This document shows, in pieces, positions 36,810 to 50,800 of a stretch of 64,000 nt of DNA (positions within the stretch are counted from its first letter, which is position 1; every line of letters starts with the position of its first letter). Both the position numbers and the translations under genes were made by a program. The stretch comes from Camelus dromedarius (lineage: Eukaryota). The DNA is taken from positions 68,512,001-68,576,000 of the forward strand of contig NC_087436.1 in assembly GCF_036321535.1 (NCBI RefSeq), read 5' to 3'. Under the pieces are notes generated by a model. It saw only the letters and a program-made list of their open reading frames with translations, was not told where the DNA came from and made no database searches.

Positions 36810-39374
36810 GTAAGTAGACATGTTCAGCTGATTTAATTTTTTCCCTATACACAACTTGTCGTATAGTTTATTATTCACTGTCTTCCAAGAGTAAAGATGT
36901 TCCAGTATACCAACTTAAGTAAGAAATTTGCCTCCCTCCCCCCAAAAGATTTTTTTAAAACTTTCAAAAATGTACAATGGGTAGATTTTTTTTTTTAAAT
37001 TTGTATCTGTGAGGGATATCAATTCCAAGACCCATGGTAAAATCTCCTGGGTAACTCAGAAGAAGGCATTAATTCATGTTTTTAATTTTGCATTCTTCCC
37101 TTGCTGATCCTGTTAATAAAAACTTAGTTGAAAAGTGAAAACTTTAGCAGGACATCTGGATTCATATTGCCTAATACCAGGTGATAGCTTTAATTTTCCC
37201 TACTTTTAATCTTGCTGTAGCATGCAGTTATAATCTGAAGGGAACTAGATGATCCCCAAAGCTTATAACATACAATATGTCACAATTTAATTTTTCTAGA
37301 AAGATACAAACATACCCCATGAAACGACTTCTAAGAGCTCAAGCATGAGTGTAACAATAAAGAGATTGAGATAATTTATTTGTATTAATTTTAAAAAATT
37401 GATTTATATCTCAATTTGTCCAAAAAAAATTGAAAACTATGTATTTCTTTTTTCTTTTGTACAAATAAAATGTAGCATTTTAGTAGCAAATGCATGCCTA
37501 GCTTGGAATGCTATGCTTTTAAGAGATTTTATGATTCAGTAACCTGTTGAAATATAAACACTTTAGACCATGGATGCAGTAGCCTACACATCTTAGGACA
37601 TCTTTATTACTTGATCAGATCTAATGAAAGATACAGCAAAAGAGCCTGTATGATGTGTTCACCTGCAGGCATTTCAGCACCATTATTGGTAAACTAACCA
37701 GAAGTCATTTACGAAAACAAACAGAAAACAAAGTTAAAATGGTCATCTTTCATCAGAGTTCTGGATAGACAAGATTTATATAAAGGTGGTTTCAAATACC
37801 ATAAGAAATTTTAACAAAATTAATTTCTTTGTTGTGCCTTCCAGCTTCCCACTGATGTCAGCGAAAATATAAAAGACCTTAGTCTAAACCTTGTAAAATA
37901 CACACATGTGAGAGAGTTAATGGTAATTATTCACCCAGTACATGGCAAGAGGAGGTGCAGCTTAGTGACTGAGAGCCTGGTCTTTAGGCAGACTGTGAGT
38001 TCCATGTTGTTCAAGATGTTCCAGTATAGGCTGGATGACTGCATGAAGGGATACCCTGGGGGAGATTCAAGCAACAGAAGGCAGCTAGATTAGACAGATG
38101 ACCTTTAAGGCTCTTTCAGCACTACAATTAAAAACACAAAGATATGACTTCCTTTCTTCTAATCAACAGATCAGCTTATGGCACCCTATCTAACTCCTCC
38201 ACTTCTTCCTTTGTTGCTTCCTCCTTTATCTTAGAAAAATTCACTTAGCTTAACCTAGACAATTTATCAGAAAAAGATTCTTGTGTAATTTAAAATTTTG
38301 TCCCCTTTCCCTTATATCTCTCTTTCCATTTTTAATTGCTTTTTGTTATTGAAGAAATATTTTTAAAGAAAAAAATATTTAAAGGCAGGGAGAGTATTAA
38401 AAAAAAAGAAATAGGTCAACTCAAACTTACCCTCAGCCTCACCAATATAGGAATTGCTCTGGAAACAAAATTATTTACTTATTTTTTATGCCTTACCTTA
38501 TTCAGAAAATAAAAGAATCATATTCACAAGAATAGAGTAAATAGGTTATATTGGGCATAATAGAGAGTAAAATGAAAGGAGATAAAAAGAAGTCAAGAAA
38601 GAGGCTGATTTAGCAAAAAATTACACCATAAAAACCCTACTACATTTACTAGAGATGGTCCTAATCTTTCTATACTACAGAGCAAGTCTGACCAGTTGCA
38701 TACAGACCAATTCATATAGGCCAATTGCTCAAAAGAAATATTTTTATTATACTGGAATAATATAGGAATTTCTTAATAGGATCCTCATAACCCGTGGCAT
38801 ATGGTAAACGATGAACAATGACTTTCTGAAAAAATGTATGAATATATACACATATATACATATTATTATATGTATATTATAATATTATTATAAATATTAC
38901 TGATATAAAGAATGTATAGTATACAGTTTAAAAAATAAAATACACAATATTCTTTACTGTAATTTCCATGCAGGCAATTAATTCTTACAGAATACTTCTG
39001 CTGATTTTTCTAAACCTGTATCTGTAGCCAACTATGACTGCAATTCATCATGATTTGATAAATGGAGTTGTTTTCCAATCTGCTGTTTCCCTACTAACAT
39101 TATTGTATTGTCATTAAACATATTTGACATGAAGTTTGGCCAATGGTTTTGTTTACATTAATGAAAGTAAAGCAACAATTATGTATGTCAGAATGTCACC
39201 TATTTGTAATGATATGAGCAACTTCTTCGCTAAATGAGATAATTTTTGAATTATGGAAGAATATTTTATCATTTTTATGTTCTGTTTACAATTAAAAAGC
39301 TTCAGACACAACAAACTTTAAAATTTCATCTGCATTATTAATATTTTCCTCTTTACTTCCTAGAGTCCAGACCG

Positions 39375-39579
39375 CAGGCCAGCAAAATGTAGCCCTTGGG
39401 CCAAATTTAGCCTGCCGCCTGATTTTATACAGTCTGTGAGCTCAGAATGTTTTTCTTTTACATTTTTAAAGTGTTGTTAAAGAAAAAAAGGAACAAGAAT
39501 TTGCAACAAGACTGCATGTGGTCCTCAAAGCCTAACACATTTACTGTTTAGCCTTTGCAGAAAAGTTTGCTGGCCCCTT
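39375..39579. mobile_element. MER58A-like hAT-Charlie element
   Basis: gggccaaatttagcctgccgcctg...tgtggtcctcaaagcctaa...tttgcagaaaagtttgctggcccct. Confidence 0.8.
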
Positions 39580-39624
39580 GGACACTTAACAAAACAATAA
39601 ATCAAGCCCTAATTTGTAATTTGT

Positions 39625-39986
39625 AAGATTTGTCATTTTCCATGGTGTAAATACTCCCACCATGGCCAATTTCAACCTATCAATGTTACCTCACTGAACA
39701 TGGGGTTGGAAAGACAGGTACAGAAGCACAGTATTCTAGTGTATAATATTTTCACAGAAATGAAGACATAAATAAACACAAGAGCTTAGAGAGTGCTATG
39801 CAGTAATATAACCAGAAAATGATGTTTTGAATTCTAATTACCTGTTGTTAATATAATTTATTTACTTGTATGTTTATTTAATTTAATTTTTAATAATGGC
39901 CATGTTTAACAAGCATCTTTCAAAACTGCTGAAAATTTAACAATTGGCTTTTGCAAACCTGTATGAGCTAATCAAACCCACCACCG
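39625..39986. mobile_element. MER63-like hAT element
   Basis: ttccatggtgtaaatactcccaccatggccaatttcaa...ctgaaaatttaacaattggct. Confidence 0.7.
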
Positions 39987-40161
39987 CAAAATACATTTCC
40001 AAATGCCCTCTGGATTGGGAAGGGGTGTGATGCCCAGCTGCAAACCAGGGTATCACACCAGGTACAAGTAACTTGAAAGGAAGATATTACCAATTGTCCT
40101 TCCTGCTAGAACTAACGTATGTTACCCATGAAATAATTGAGATTTCCCTGTATCTTTGCAG

Positions 40162-40275
40162 TATATTGACAAGTTAGACATAATAGACCTCACATGCCTT
40201 GCTGACCAGAATTCAACTGAAAAGAATTGTGCAAAATTCACCCTTGTTTTGCCAAAAGAGGAAGTGCACTTGAAG
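40162..40275 (+). CDS. STAP1: STAP1 exon 3 ([38 protein letters not shown]), PH domain
   Basis: tttgcag|TAT...AAG|gtgagt, 114 nt, phase 0. Confidence 0.96.
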
Positions 40276-41339
40276 GTGAGTGAGAAGCAGAAATTAGTCT
40301 GAAACAAGTTCCGGTTATAAATAGCATTCACCTTTTCTAAACCTGGTGGCTGAGGTAAAGAGGAATTATAAGAGGAGCAGCCAAGGCTTATACTTTGTTA
40401 ATATTTCCTGCCTTTGCCAAGAACTATAGTTTCCTAAACAGAGATTTGAAAAAGCATGTTCACTTGTTTAGTAGACAAGCACTTTGAAACCATATACTGC
40501 TGTCCTCTGAGAAAGTCAGAGATCCCACCTGGTGTTTTTAGAAAGTTGTTCTTGAATTGGCACTCAGGGACTTGGCATTCACTGAGTTCCCAGATGATTC
40601 TGAGACCTATCCAACATGATATATGTGTGGAACCATTGAATCAGACAAATTCACATTTCAACAAATTGAGAGACATTCTGCAAGGCAATTGGCCTAAGCT
40701 CTTCAAAAATACCAGTGTAACGAAAGCCAAAGAAAGACTGGACACCTGTTCCTATTTATGGAGATTATGGAGTCATGACAGCTAAATGCAGTGTGTGATC
40801 CTGGATTGGATACTGGATCAGAAAACAGAACAAAAGCTATAGAGAGCATTTCAAGACAATTAGAAAATTTGAATGAGAACTGCATATTAGGTGTACACAA
40901 TTTGTGATATATGAAATAAATCTCATAAAACTCTAATCTCCAAATAGGCAGAGATCTGTTTGTTAAACTCACTGCTATATACTCAGCACCTACATAGAAA
41001 AAAAAATTTTTTTTGAATTGGCATTGAAAGTGAGCCATTTAAAGTCAACCCACAACTACAACAGAAAGAGAATAACTTGCCATTAAATAGGGTATAGTTG
41101 GAGTTGACCTTGAAAGCATTGGTCATTAAGCTTTCATCTACCAGGAATCTACTAAGGCCCCACTCCTAACCTGGGCCTCAGAATCTGCATTTTAGTCAAG
41201 CTCTCTAGATGATTCTGATGTGCTGGTTTAGAGCACAAGATTGGGGTCAGAGACCTAAGTTTGCGTGACTATTTTATTTGTTAGTGTATAATCATAGGCA
41301 ACCTACTTAATCTCTTTATTGCCTTGGATTCTTCCCTCT

Positions 41340-41652
41340 GAAGTCTTTACTGAGATGTAACCCTCTGACTGAGGCCTACATGGACCACTTCATAAAAACT
41401 GCAATTCTTTTCCCCTCCCATGAGCCCGAATGGCATTCCTAATCTCTCTTAACCCTGCTCTATATTTTAATTTCTTTTATTTCCATCTGACACCGTAACA
41501 TGTACTCACGGTTATGTTTATAATTTATTGTTCCTTGCTAGACTCTAACCCCTATGAGAATTAGGATTTTTGTTTTGTTCTCTAGTGTAAACCAGTACAT
41601 GGAATAGTGACCAGCACATAAAGGCACTCAATAAGTATCTGTTAAATGAACA
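41340..41652 (-). mobile_element. LINE-2 3' fragment
   Basis: gactctaacccctatgag...ttttgttttgttc...cagcacataaaggcactcaataagtatctgttaaatgaa. Confidence 0.7.
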
Positions 41653-42345
41653 CTGTAAAAATTCTTTTTAAAAAGTAACTTTTGTGTAGTTGCCATGAAG
41701 ATTGAATCAGTTAATACGTATGAAATACTTAGAACAGTAGCTGCCACTTATAAGCACTTAATAAATGTTGGTTGTATTAGTAGTATTTAGAGCTATGAAT
41801 TGAAAGCTTCTAAGGTAACTTACTAACTAATAAGGTAATTGGAAGTAACTGTATTGGTCCTACCTGGTTGCCCCAAACTTAAAGCCAGTCAGGGTTAAAT
41901 ACCAGTGGGGGAGTAACTATGAATTGAAATACTGCAGAAATAAGTGTGCTAACATTTAAATCTTTTTGAGTTAAGTAAATTTGTACAATAAGCAAATACA
42001 CTAAAGCTATGTACTTCTGTCTTCTGATAAAAGAAAACAGTATTGAAATATTTCACAACAAATACACATTAATAATTCAAAGCCAAAAGGAAAATGAATT
42101 GTTTCTTCCTTTTAACTGATTTTAAGTGGTTTAAAAATACAACTGTTTTCTTAAAGCAATGTGCTTCAATAGAAGAACATGCATTTTGTCAATCTTGCTG
42201 GGTTTTGATGGCTTACGTATTTTGAGTTTTATAAAACAATCATATGAAATTCTAAAGTTATTTGAAGTCAATAAATGTATTAATGCTAACAGTCATTCAT
42301 GACTTTTCTTTTCTTTTTTGTTTTTGTTTTTGTCTTCATCTTTAG

Positions 42346-42402
42346 ACAGAGAACACAGAAAGTGGGGAAGAATGGAGAGGTTTCATTCTCACAGTAACAG
42401 AA
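42346..42402 (+). CDS. STAP1: STAP1 exon 4 (TENTESGEEWRGFILTVTE), PH C-terminal helix
   Basis: Long polypyrimidine tract then tttag|ACA...GAA|gtaaga, 57 nt. Confidence 0.96.
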
Positions 42403-43789
42403 GTAAGAAGGACATTATTTTTGATTAATTCACTTATTCAACAAATACTGACTGAGTAACTACTATGAACCATCCAGAGTGAAAGGGACTGAAGTTATAG
42501 TAATTGAAAAGGACAGATATAAACCCTTACACTTACTCATGAAATTTATATTTTTATTGGGTGAGTGGAAAGAGGAAAGAAAATAAACAAGAGAACAAAC
42601 AAGATAGTTTAAAATTGTGATAACTGTTATGAAGAAAATCAACAGGAGAATGATTCTAGCTAGTAAATCACAGGTGGTCAGGGAGACCTTTTGATCTTAT
42701 CCCTTTGACACAGTGGTCCTTTGTATATTATGATATTTGTAGCTTACATAGCATCTGCTAAAATACTTCCCAGTTCCTTTCTTATTCATATAATATATAT
42801 GTATAAAATGCTAACTGAGATAGATTTTATGAATTACATAGACAATATAACAGGGAGAGACCATCAAAATGAAAAGTCATCTTTCAACATTTGTTTAGCG
42901 AGTCTTAAGAGAAAGGGATGCTTATCTGTTCAACTCTGTGGCATCTTATCTGAGACAAATAGTAAGATCTACTGCTTAGAGTTAACTGTTGGCAAAATAA
43001 TTACCATTATTTTAAATAAAGCCACAGTAGCAACTGTCTAAGAAAGATGAGGTACTTTGATAACCAGCTCCCCAAAGAGCAACGTATTTTCTAATACTCT
43101 TAGGGGATATGAAAGCGTCCTATGTTTGTTAGGGTCAGTTAAATACAGACTTTATCCAAAGCTAGTTTCTAAGCAAAGCCTTTGCAGTCACAATAAAATA
43201 AGCACTGCACTTTACCAAGATGTTGGATGCTGGTCCTTTGTCTTAGACAAAAGCCAGTAAAAGTTGGAAGTTCAACTACCATGTAGGAAAGTCATAGGAA
43301 GCTAGAAGAGTGGACCAGTTAGGTATGTGAAAGATATATTGATTTGCGGGGAGAGAGAAACTCTTTGGGGAACTGTATTTCCTCCCTCTGTTGTGGAAAG
43401 GCATTCGTGTGTGGCCTCGCACTTCTTATACTGGGGTACAAGTATAGGTGTCAAGGAGTACACTAAAACCACTGGAAAAAACATGGGGTGCCTCTTCCTG
43501 GAACACTAATTATGCTTGACATTTTGGCCCCAAAATTTTGTTTTTAGTTTTTTTCCTTGAGGTAAGGTTAAAAGCACTATTTTTTTAAGTTAAAATGTAC
43601 ATAGGCATATTAAAGAATTAAAATAAAATTCACATGAATTTTCAAAAGATGACAAGTTACCTCAAATATTGTGCTCTATAAATGTTGTTTTTACTATGTT
43701 CCCAGGTCACTCTGTTATATACATTCATACCATGCTGTTGTTAGGAGAACTTTAGTAGAAGTCTGAGAAACACAGACTATAATTGAAAG

Positions 43790-44000
43790 TGCAGAGAGGT
43801 TGCTTTTGAATTAATTAAATTGGAGTTTGAGTCCTGGTTCCACAACTTTCTAGCTATCTGACCCTGGACTAGTTATTTAATCTTTCTGAGTCTGTCATTT
43901 TCCTTTGTAAAGTAGGGATAACAATACCTATCTTGTAGCATTGCTGTGAGGATTTGCAATAGCTCAAAGCTTGGGACATAATAAGCAATTAATAAGGAAT
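43790..44000 (+). mobile_element. MIR SINE
   Basis: gagtttgagtcctggttccac...tgaccctggactagttatttaatctttctgagtctg...tgtaaagtagggataacaatacct. Confidence 0.8.
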
Positions 44001-45003
44001 AGCAGTTTCACTAGTTTTTCCTCAGTCTATTATTTTTTCTGCATTAGTATAAAAGGGAATAGTCTTATTGATTATTAGTAGCTTAATTATCCAGAAGAAT
44101 CTTCTCTAAATATTTTTGATTATGTACCCTTATTAATAAGTTTTTATTTCAAATTTCATATATATATTTGGATATATACACATATATGTTTAAAATATAA
44201 TCAAAAATAGGAATTAACAACATAATATATAAATGGAAAATGAAGTTCTAGTATTTTCATCCCACACTCCAAAGGACTTTCTTACACACCCCCTGGAAGG
44301 CATGGACCCCACTCTAGAGATCAAGATGACAATCAGACATGGCTGGCTCAAAATATAGGCTAGGTATTGCCACATAAAGAAAAATATTCTACTATTCAGA
44401 TTATAACTTCAAAGAGTACATAGCTGGTCATAATGAGGTCTCAATGAGAGGTATGAAAACCTAGGAGACTAAATCCAAGCACACTCTAGAAAAGACTTTC
44501 TAAAAAACCTAATGTGTGAGTGAAAATTCAAAATAGAAACACAAACATACCAAAATATAGACCATCTGTTGCTGACTCTCAGTCATCTAATAACTGGTTC
44601 CATCTCAACCCCATGTTGCCATATGGTTGGTGGAGCTCGTTCCAGGTTACCTGTGGGACAACTTGCAGGTGCGCTAGCACTTCCCTGACAGTGAGATCTT
44701 GTGAGCTCAGAGTGAAAAATGAGAGGTTTGTTGTTACTTGAATCAGCTTATGGTGCCAGGTGGGCATACTTTGCTTTGGGCCCAAAAGGAGAATTTCTTG
44801 GAAGATCAGGTATCCTGTGCAGGTTCTAATTGGTTAAGAAGCAACTTAATTCTAAGACACTAAGATTTTCTATTCATGATCCTATCCACCTATTTCTGTC
44901 AAGTAACTGAAGCTCCTTAGGACTAGAACAGGCTCATCGTTGCTAAAATCAGTTAGTTATTCTGCTGTCTTTCTTGTTTGCCTACTGCTTTAATTGGTTT
45001 CAG

Positions 45004-45176
45004 CTGTCAGTTCCCCTACATGTGTCACTCCTTCCTGGGCAAGTAATTAGACTGCATGAAGTCCTAGAGAGAGAAAAGAAAAGGAGGACTGAGACAGAAC
45101 AGTTACCGTGTTCATCCCCGGAAAAAGAGAAGGAGCCAATTGAAGATTATGTGGATGTACTGAACCCTATGCCAGC
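45004..45176 (+). CDS. STAP1: STAP1 exon 5 ([58 protein letters not shown])
   Basis: tttcag|CTG...CCA GC|gtaagt, 173 nt; lies within ORF 44974..45180; retains the EDYVDV tyrosine motif. Confidence 0.96.
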
Positions 45177-46645
45177 GTAAGTGCACCACAAACTCCAGTT
45201 TACTTATTAGATTACTAAAATTATTTTCTAATTATCAAAGAGAGCTAGTCATTGGACTCATTAAAGCAAGGACAATAAGCTGCCTTGTGGACACACAGTG
45301 TATCTCTGCGTACATGCTATATTTCCTCTTCTAAGTCATATCAACAAAATGCAGATTTGAACCAAGCCTCTTACCACAAAGGAAATCCCCTTCCCCCCAC
45401 ACCTTTAGACTAAATAGATATTTTTTTCCAAAGAACAAACCTAAATAAAAACTTCTGTGCAGAAGGAAGGAAAAGGATGTTTTTTTCACCATGCAACTCT
45501 ATGATTGACTGATTTTCTAACAGGAAATTATACAGAAGACTTAACATACCTGAAAGTTTCATTCAATTGATCAGTCAGTGAGTAGTTTTGAGCTTGTACT
45601 TTGAGGAAGTCACTGTGTCAAGTGTGTAAGGTGTTGGGAAAGAAGAGGCACAGAACATGCTGAAGTCAGTAACATCCTACATTTGTCTTTTAACCCTTAT
45701 ATTGCTGAAAAGTGTGGCTAAGAGTGTGAACCCTGGAATCTTGGTCTTCTTGTCAGTGAAACTTGTCCTGGTATCATTTTTGACATCAGGTTCTGATGCG
45801 TATTCTACCTGTACCACACTCACTGAAAACTGCCAATCATCTCTCTTAGCTGAAACTTGTGACAGCTGATGGACTGATAGGTTAAAATTCACACAGACTG
45901 CTTCTTTTTCTTTTTACTCAATAAGACAAACAATACATGTTTATTACAGTTAAATAAAAAGAAGATTAAAATCAGCCTTTGTCTCACCAGAGATATTCTC
46001 TTTCAACATCCTTGGTGTATTGCATATCCTGCCAAATTTTTTTTTCTGTTGAAAAAACAGGCTTTTCATTGACCACAATATTTACTATAGAAATAAGTTG
46101 AAAAAAATGAGAAGCACTTTAACAGTTTTACACATTAAAAATGCCACCAATGCCATTAGAAAGTCATATTATACCAAAAGGGGTGAATTCAGACATACCC
46201 TCAAATATAAATTATTTAAGACAGAGACCATACAAGAAGCATGTCTAGAGATTTTTTGTATTTCTGAAAAGAAACCACCAATAAATATTATTTATCCAAG
46301 AGCTTATTATAGACTGAGTCTGGGGATATATTGTTAATCCTTATCTTAGATTTTCAAGTGGTAATGGTAAATATATACTTTTCAGGTGATAACTTTTCAG
46401 GTCTTTCTTGTTTAAAGAGAAAGAGGCTTTGGAGGGATGAGGGAAAGAGGGCCTTAAGTATAAGCATACTCACTGTGGCACAGGCTTGTAATAATAGTAA
46501 TTATATCACTGTCATTGTAATAATAAAGCTGGGAAATTTAAGAAAATTTAATAACTGCAGCTCTTAGAGTTATTTCAGTACCATTTTTTTCAGGTAATGA
46601 TCTTCAGCAGTTAAAAAAAATCTGTTTTTTATCTCACCTCTGTAG

Positions 46646-46774
46646 ATGTTTTTATGCAGTGTCCCGGAAGGAAGCAACTGAGATGCTTGAGAAGAATCCT
46701 TCCTTGGGAAATATGATCCTGAGGCCTGGTAGTGACAGTAGAAACTATTCGATCACCATCCGGCAGGAGATAGA
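46646..46774 (+). CDS. STAP1: STAP1 exon 6 ([43 protein letters not shown]), SH2 domain
   Basis: tgtag|A TGT...ATA GA|gtacgt, 129 nt; atypical SH2 core MILRPGS. Confidence 0.96.
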
Positions 46775-47009
46775 GTACGTTTAATTAAAAAAAAAAAAAG
46801 CATGGAATTATTAAAAGCATGGTATCACTTTAGAAAGCAAAGTCACACAAGTCATATCAGCACCTGTTCTGTGTTTTGTTGGGGCTAAAAATGTGAATAT
46901 AAGAATGAGGAGGGAATGTTATACAAACAGTGCTAAAGACAGGGTTAATATTTGTAATAGGGAAGAAGAAAAATGAGCAAATTACTTTGGTTCTGGATAT
47001 AGTTCTGTT

Positions 47010-47818
47010 GTTCATTCACTCATTTCAACAAATGTTTATTGAGCCAAGTAATATTTGAGGTAGATGTACATGAGCAAACAAAGTAATATCCCTGGTGTAT
47101 AGTGTCTACATTCTTTAAAAAAATTTTTTTTGTTTGTTTGGGGAGGGGGATATTAATTTTTTATTATTTATTTATTTATTTATTCATTCATTCATTCATT
47201 CATTCATTTATTCATTTATTTAATGGAAGTACTGGGAATCAGACCCAGGACCTTGTGCATGCTAAGCATGTACTCTACCATTGAGTTATACCTTCCCCCA
47301 AGAGTCTACATTTTTGTAGGGAGACATAGACCATAAAAAAATACATAACTAAAAATATCATGGATATGATAATAAGTTTTATGGAAGTAAAATAAAGCAG
47401 GATGGGAGAGAGGAGAACTCTCAGAGGTGATACAGAGAGAAAGTGTTTCTGGTTGCTGTTGTTGTTTTAATACAGGGTGGTCAAGGAAGGCCTACTTTAT
47501 TAACCTACACTTAAGCAGAGACCTCAAGGAAGTTAGAGAATATAGCGTGTAAATATTTAGGATAAGAGCATTCCAGGCAAGAATCATAGATGCCTAGAGG
47601 TAGGAGAAGGCTTGGATTGTTCAAAAACAAGAAGATGCAGTGGACTGAGCAAGGAGAAAGAGGTAGATGAGATTCCAGAGGTGATGTAGGGGCTGATGGC
47701 TCTAAGCCATTCAGCTTATTGTGGAGAAAAGGGTTATGCTCTGAAGGACATGAGAGGCCCCTGGACTGTGATGAATAAAGAAGTGACATACTCTGACTTA
47801 ACCATAAAAAGAATCACT
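47010..47818 (+). mobile_element. LINE-2 fragment interrupted by a SINE
   Basis: ttcattcactcatttcaacaaatgtttattgag...gggtggtcaaggaaggcct...aagagcattccaggca...gtgacatactctgactta. Confidence 0.75.
47113..47300 (-). mobile_element. tRNA-Ala-derived SINE (Vic-1-like) with (ATTT)/(ATTC) microsatellite tail
   Basis: cccaggaccttgtgcatgctaagcatgtactctaccattgagttatacc; TSD ag(t/a)gtctacatt at 47101-47112 and 47301-47312. Confidence 0.85.
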
Positions 47819-50800
47819 TAGGAGTCTTTTGTCAAAGTTAAGAATTCCTTTCTAGTGAAATGGTTTACCTTTGATAAAGTCAGTAACATTTACATGCAAA
47901 AGTTGATTTTTCTGTATAGTAAGGGTCATTGTATTTTTTAAAGTCCATGCCAGCTCTCAGAGTCTATAAAAACTTGCATTTCAGTAGGGACTCTGCCTTA
48001 CTTAACATTTTTACAACTGATAATATAATTAAAATATAGAGTTTTTGTCCTAAATGGAAATATTCAGTACATGATTATTTTTCATAAAAGAGCTTAAACA
48101 GAAGTTTGATTCTTGAATTTGCTATTCTTTCTTTCTTTCTTTCTGGGGATAATATTCTGGGGTTTTTTTTTATGGTTTTTTTTTTGGCCATATCTATCAA
48201 TGAATCTCTCTACTGATCCATATGTAAATATCAATAATTCTAAACATATTAAATATGAAGAAACTGACAAGTGAATAAAGACAGTAAAAAGAAAATAATC
48301 ATTACAGGGCAAAATTAAAATTATGGCATATGGCTGCAATGCTAGTATAAGCCACAGCCCAATAAGCTTCATTCACTTGCCAACTACTTCATATAAACTA
48401 AGACTTGTCTTTATACACTAGCCATGTGCACTGAATAGATGGCAAGAATGTTAGATGGTAAATCAAATCCTGGTTCTGTGTATGAAGTAAGAGTATCTAT
48501 GGGTGTGTGTGTGTGTATTTTTCCACAGTGACTATCTATGTCAACTATCTTGTGGTTTCATTATTTTCTGTTTATTATAGACTAATATTTGCTATATTGG
48601 ATTTTCAACTAATACGGTAGAATATCATGGATTACTCACTTTTAACTTGAATTTTAATTTAACTGGCTATCTTGAAACAAATCCAAAAGAAATAAAAGTT
48701 ATGACTGCCATTAAATATCAGTGAGCTTAGAAGAACTGGGAGAAAAGTGAATTTTTCTTTTTAGTATAGCCTGGTCAAGGAGCTTGTCTTTTTTCAGGGT
48801 TTAGGATACTGAATATCACTTAAAATATAAAATGCTTTTAACTGCTTACTTCCACCTTTAAAAATAAAAGTATGTAAAACTGAGTTAGAATTTATCTTGC
48901 AGATTTTTAAAAAGAAATCTAACTGCTTGAAAGTTAAATTAGATACACAAAAAAGTGATTAACTTTTTTCCTTCATACTGTTCTTTTCTTGGTTGGATTG
49001 AGCGATCTATTTGCATGTGAACTCTGTGCTTATTGTTCTGCATGAAACGAACAAATTCATGAGATCTAACAGCTCTTTTAAGACTAAATATACAGTCTTT
49101 ATATATTTCCTGCACAACAGCAGCAAGATCTATTTTAACGTGTTCTAAATTAGTCCAACTTATGATTTGCATTTTCCGTACAAGTGAGCTATGATAAATA
49201 ACCTTTTTTGCTGCAAATGTGAGTTGTGACCAAATGCAATGAGTGTCTATATTTAGAATATGAATTTAACATCATAGTTTTATTTGTATTGTGTTTAAGT
49301 TATATTTAATCTCATAAGAGTCTGGCAAAGGAGTTCATATCAAAGTTACATAATTCTAATTTTAGAAAACACATTTCCAGTTTAAATTCATAGAAATTCA
49401 TGCTTTTGTACAGCTGATGGTCACAAAAATGCATAACACTTCATAAAACTGACCATTCCCCCCACCAAAAGTTTTTATTTAGGAAGCAATGAGTGACAGA
49501 ATGGTCAAACTAGAGCATTCTAACACTGGAATATGTGCTTATTTAGGCTTGGGGGAATAATTTATACCTGAAAGTGGCTGAGAAAAATTTTAACTGGTTT
49601 TGCACAAATATTCCTTATGAGCCAGATATATCTATGATGTTACAGATTGTTATATATGTTCTTTAATGCCTCAACATAGGTCTTTTAGAATGCCTGAATT
49701 TAATATCCTCTATTTAACAGGTCACTTAATTTTGAAGAATAGGAATTGTAGAGAGCAGAGGAAATTAAGCTTGTTAGACTGTAGCACTTAATGTAAAGAC
49801 TTTGGCAGAAATCTAGACTATCAGTGTTACCCACAAAACCAAGTCATTCTTTTCCAGGTTGTAGGAGAAATGTTCAGCCATGCAAGTTTAGACCAGTGTG
49901 TCTGGTAAAACACTAGCTGAAAAGGACAAGTTGGTTTACAAAGCAGTACTTGAAAGTAAAGTTATCTCCATCTGTTAACAAGTCAACTGTGGGAGGGAAG
50001 ATCACAGTTTTCAGGAAGAGGCAAAAGTCATTCAATGTCAAATTATCAGGTAGCTCCTCTCATGATGCAAAATGTCATCCAACTTTACCCAGCCCAGTGG
50101 TGCATGAATTCATAAGACATAAAGCTATTCTTACAACAAACTTCATAATGTGGTTTTGCTTTCTTAAAATTGTTATGAGTACAGTGTAAGCTAGAAGAAC
50201 AAACACTGTGGAAAGCCATTAGCCAAGAAAGCAATAGAAAATACTGACCCCAAATTCATTCCTCTGCAAAAATTGGGGTCAGAAGCTAAGAACAGTATTT
50301 ATAACCACATTTAAGGCCACAGTTTTTTTTAAAAAGATAAGTTACTTCTTTTTTGAGGTCATAGTCAGGAAACCTCAATATAACAAATGTTATCAATCTA
50401 AGTTTTTATTCCCCTCTTCATTCCTTTGGAAAAACAAAATATGAAAGCAAAACACAGGTTTTTACAGAGAGTCAAAATTTAAGTGACTTCAATGGAATTT
50501 TTTTCTACCTTACTTTCTGCCTCAGAACTTAGTCCTGTTAATCAAAGTTCCAAGAGAGCCTGTTAACTTTTGCTGCTTTTCCTCCCACAGCTTTACCATG
50601 AATGATGATGATGATATGATGGCTGCTACTAACAACTCATTGTCCACACTTATGGGGTACATTTGTGTGCACTCTGTTGAGTGCCTGACAAACATTTCTT
50701 TCAGACACAATTAAAAACTAAAACAGTATTTTCCATGTTTTACAAGTGAAGAGGCTGAGGTTTACAGAAGCTACTAAGATAAAAACAATACATTTGAAAA

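Noticed and set aside
44974..45180. 68-aa ORF as a stand-alone gene
   Set aside because: It is STAP1 exon 5 with a few intronic codons on each side.
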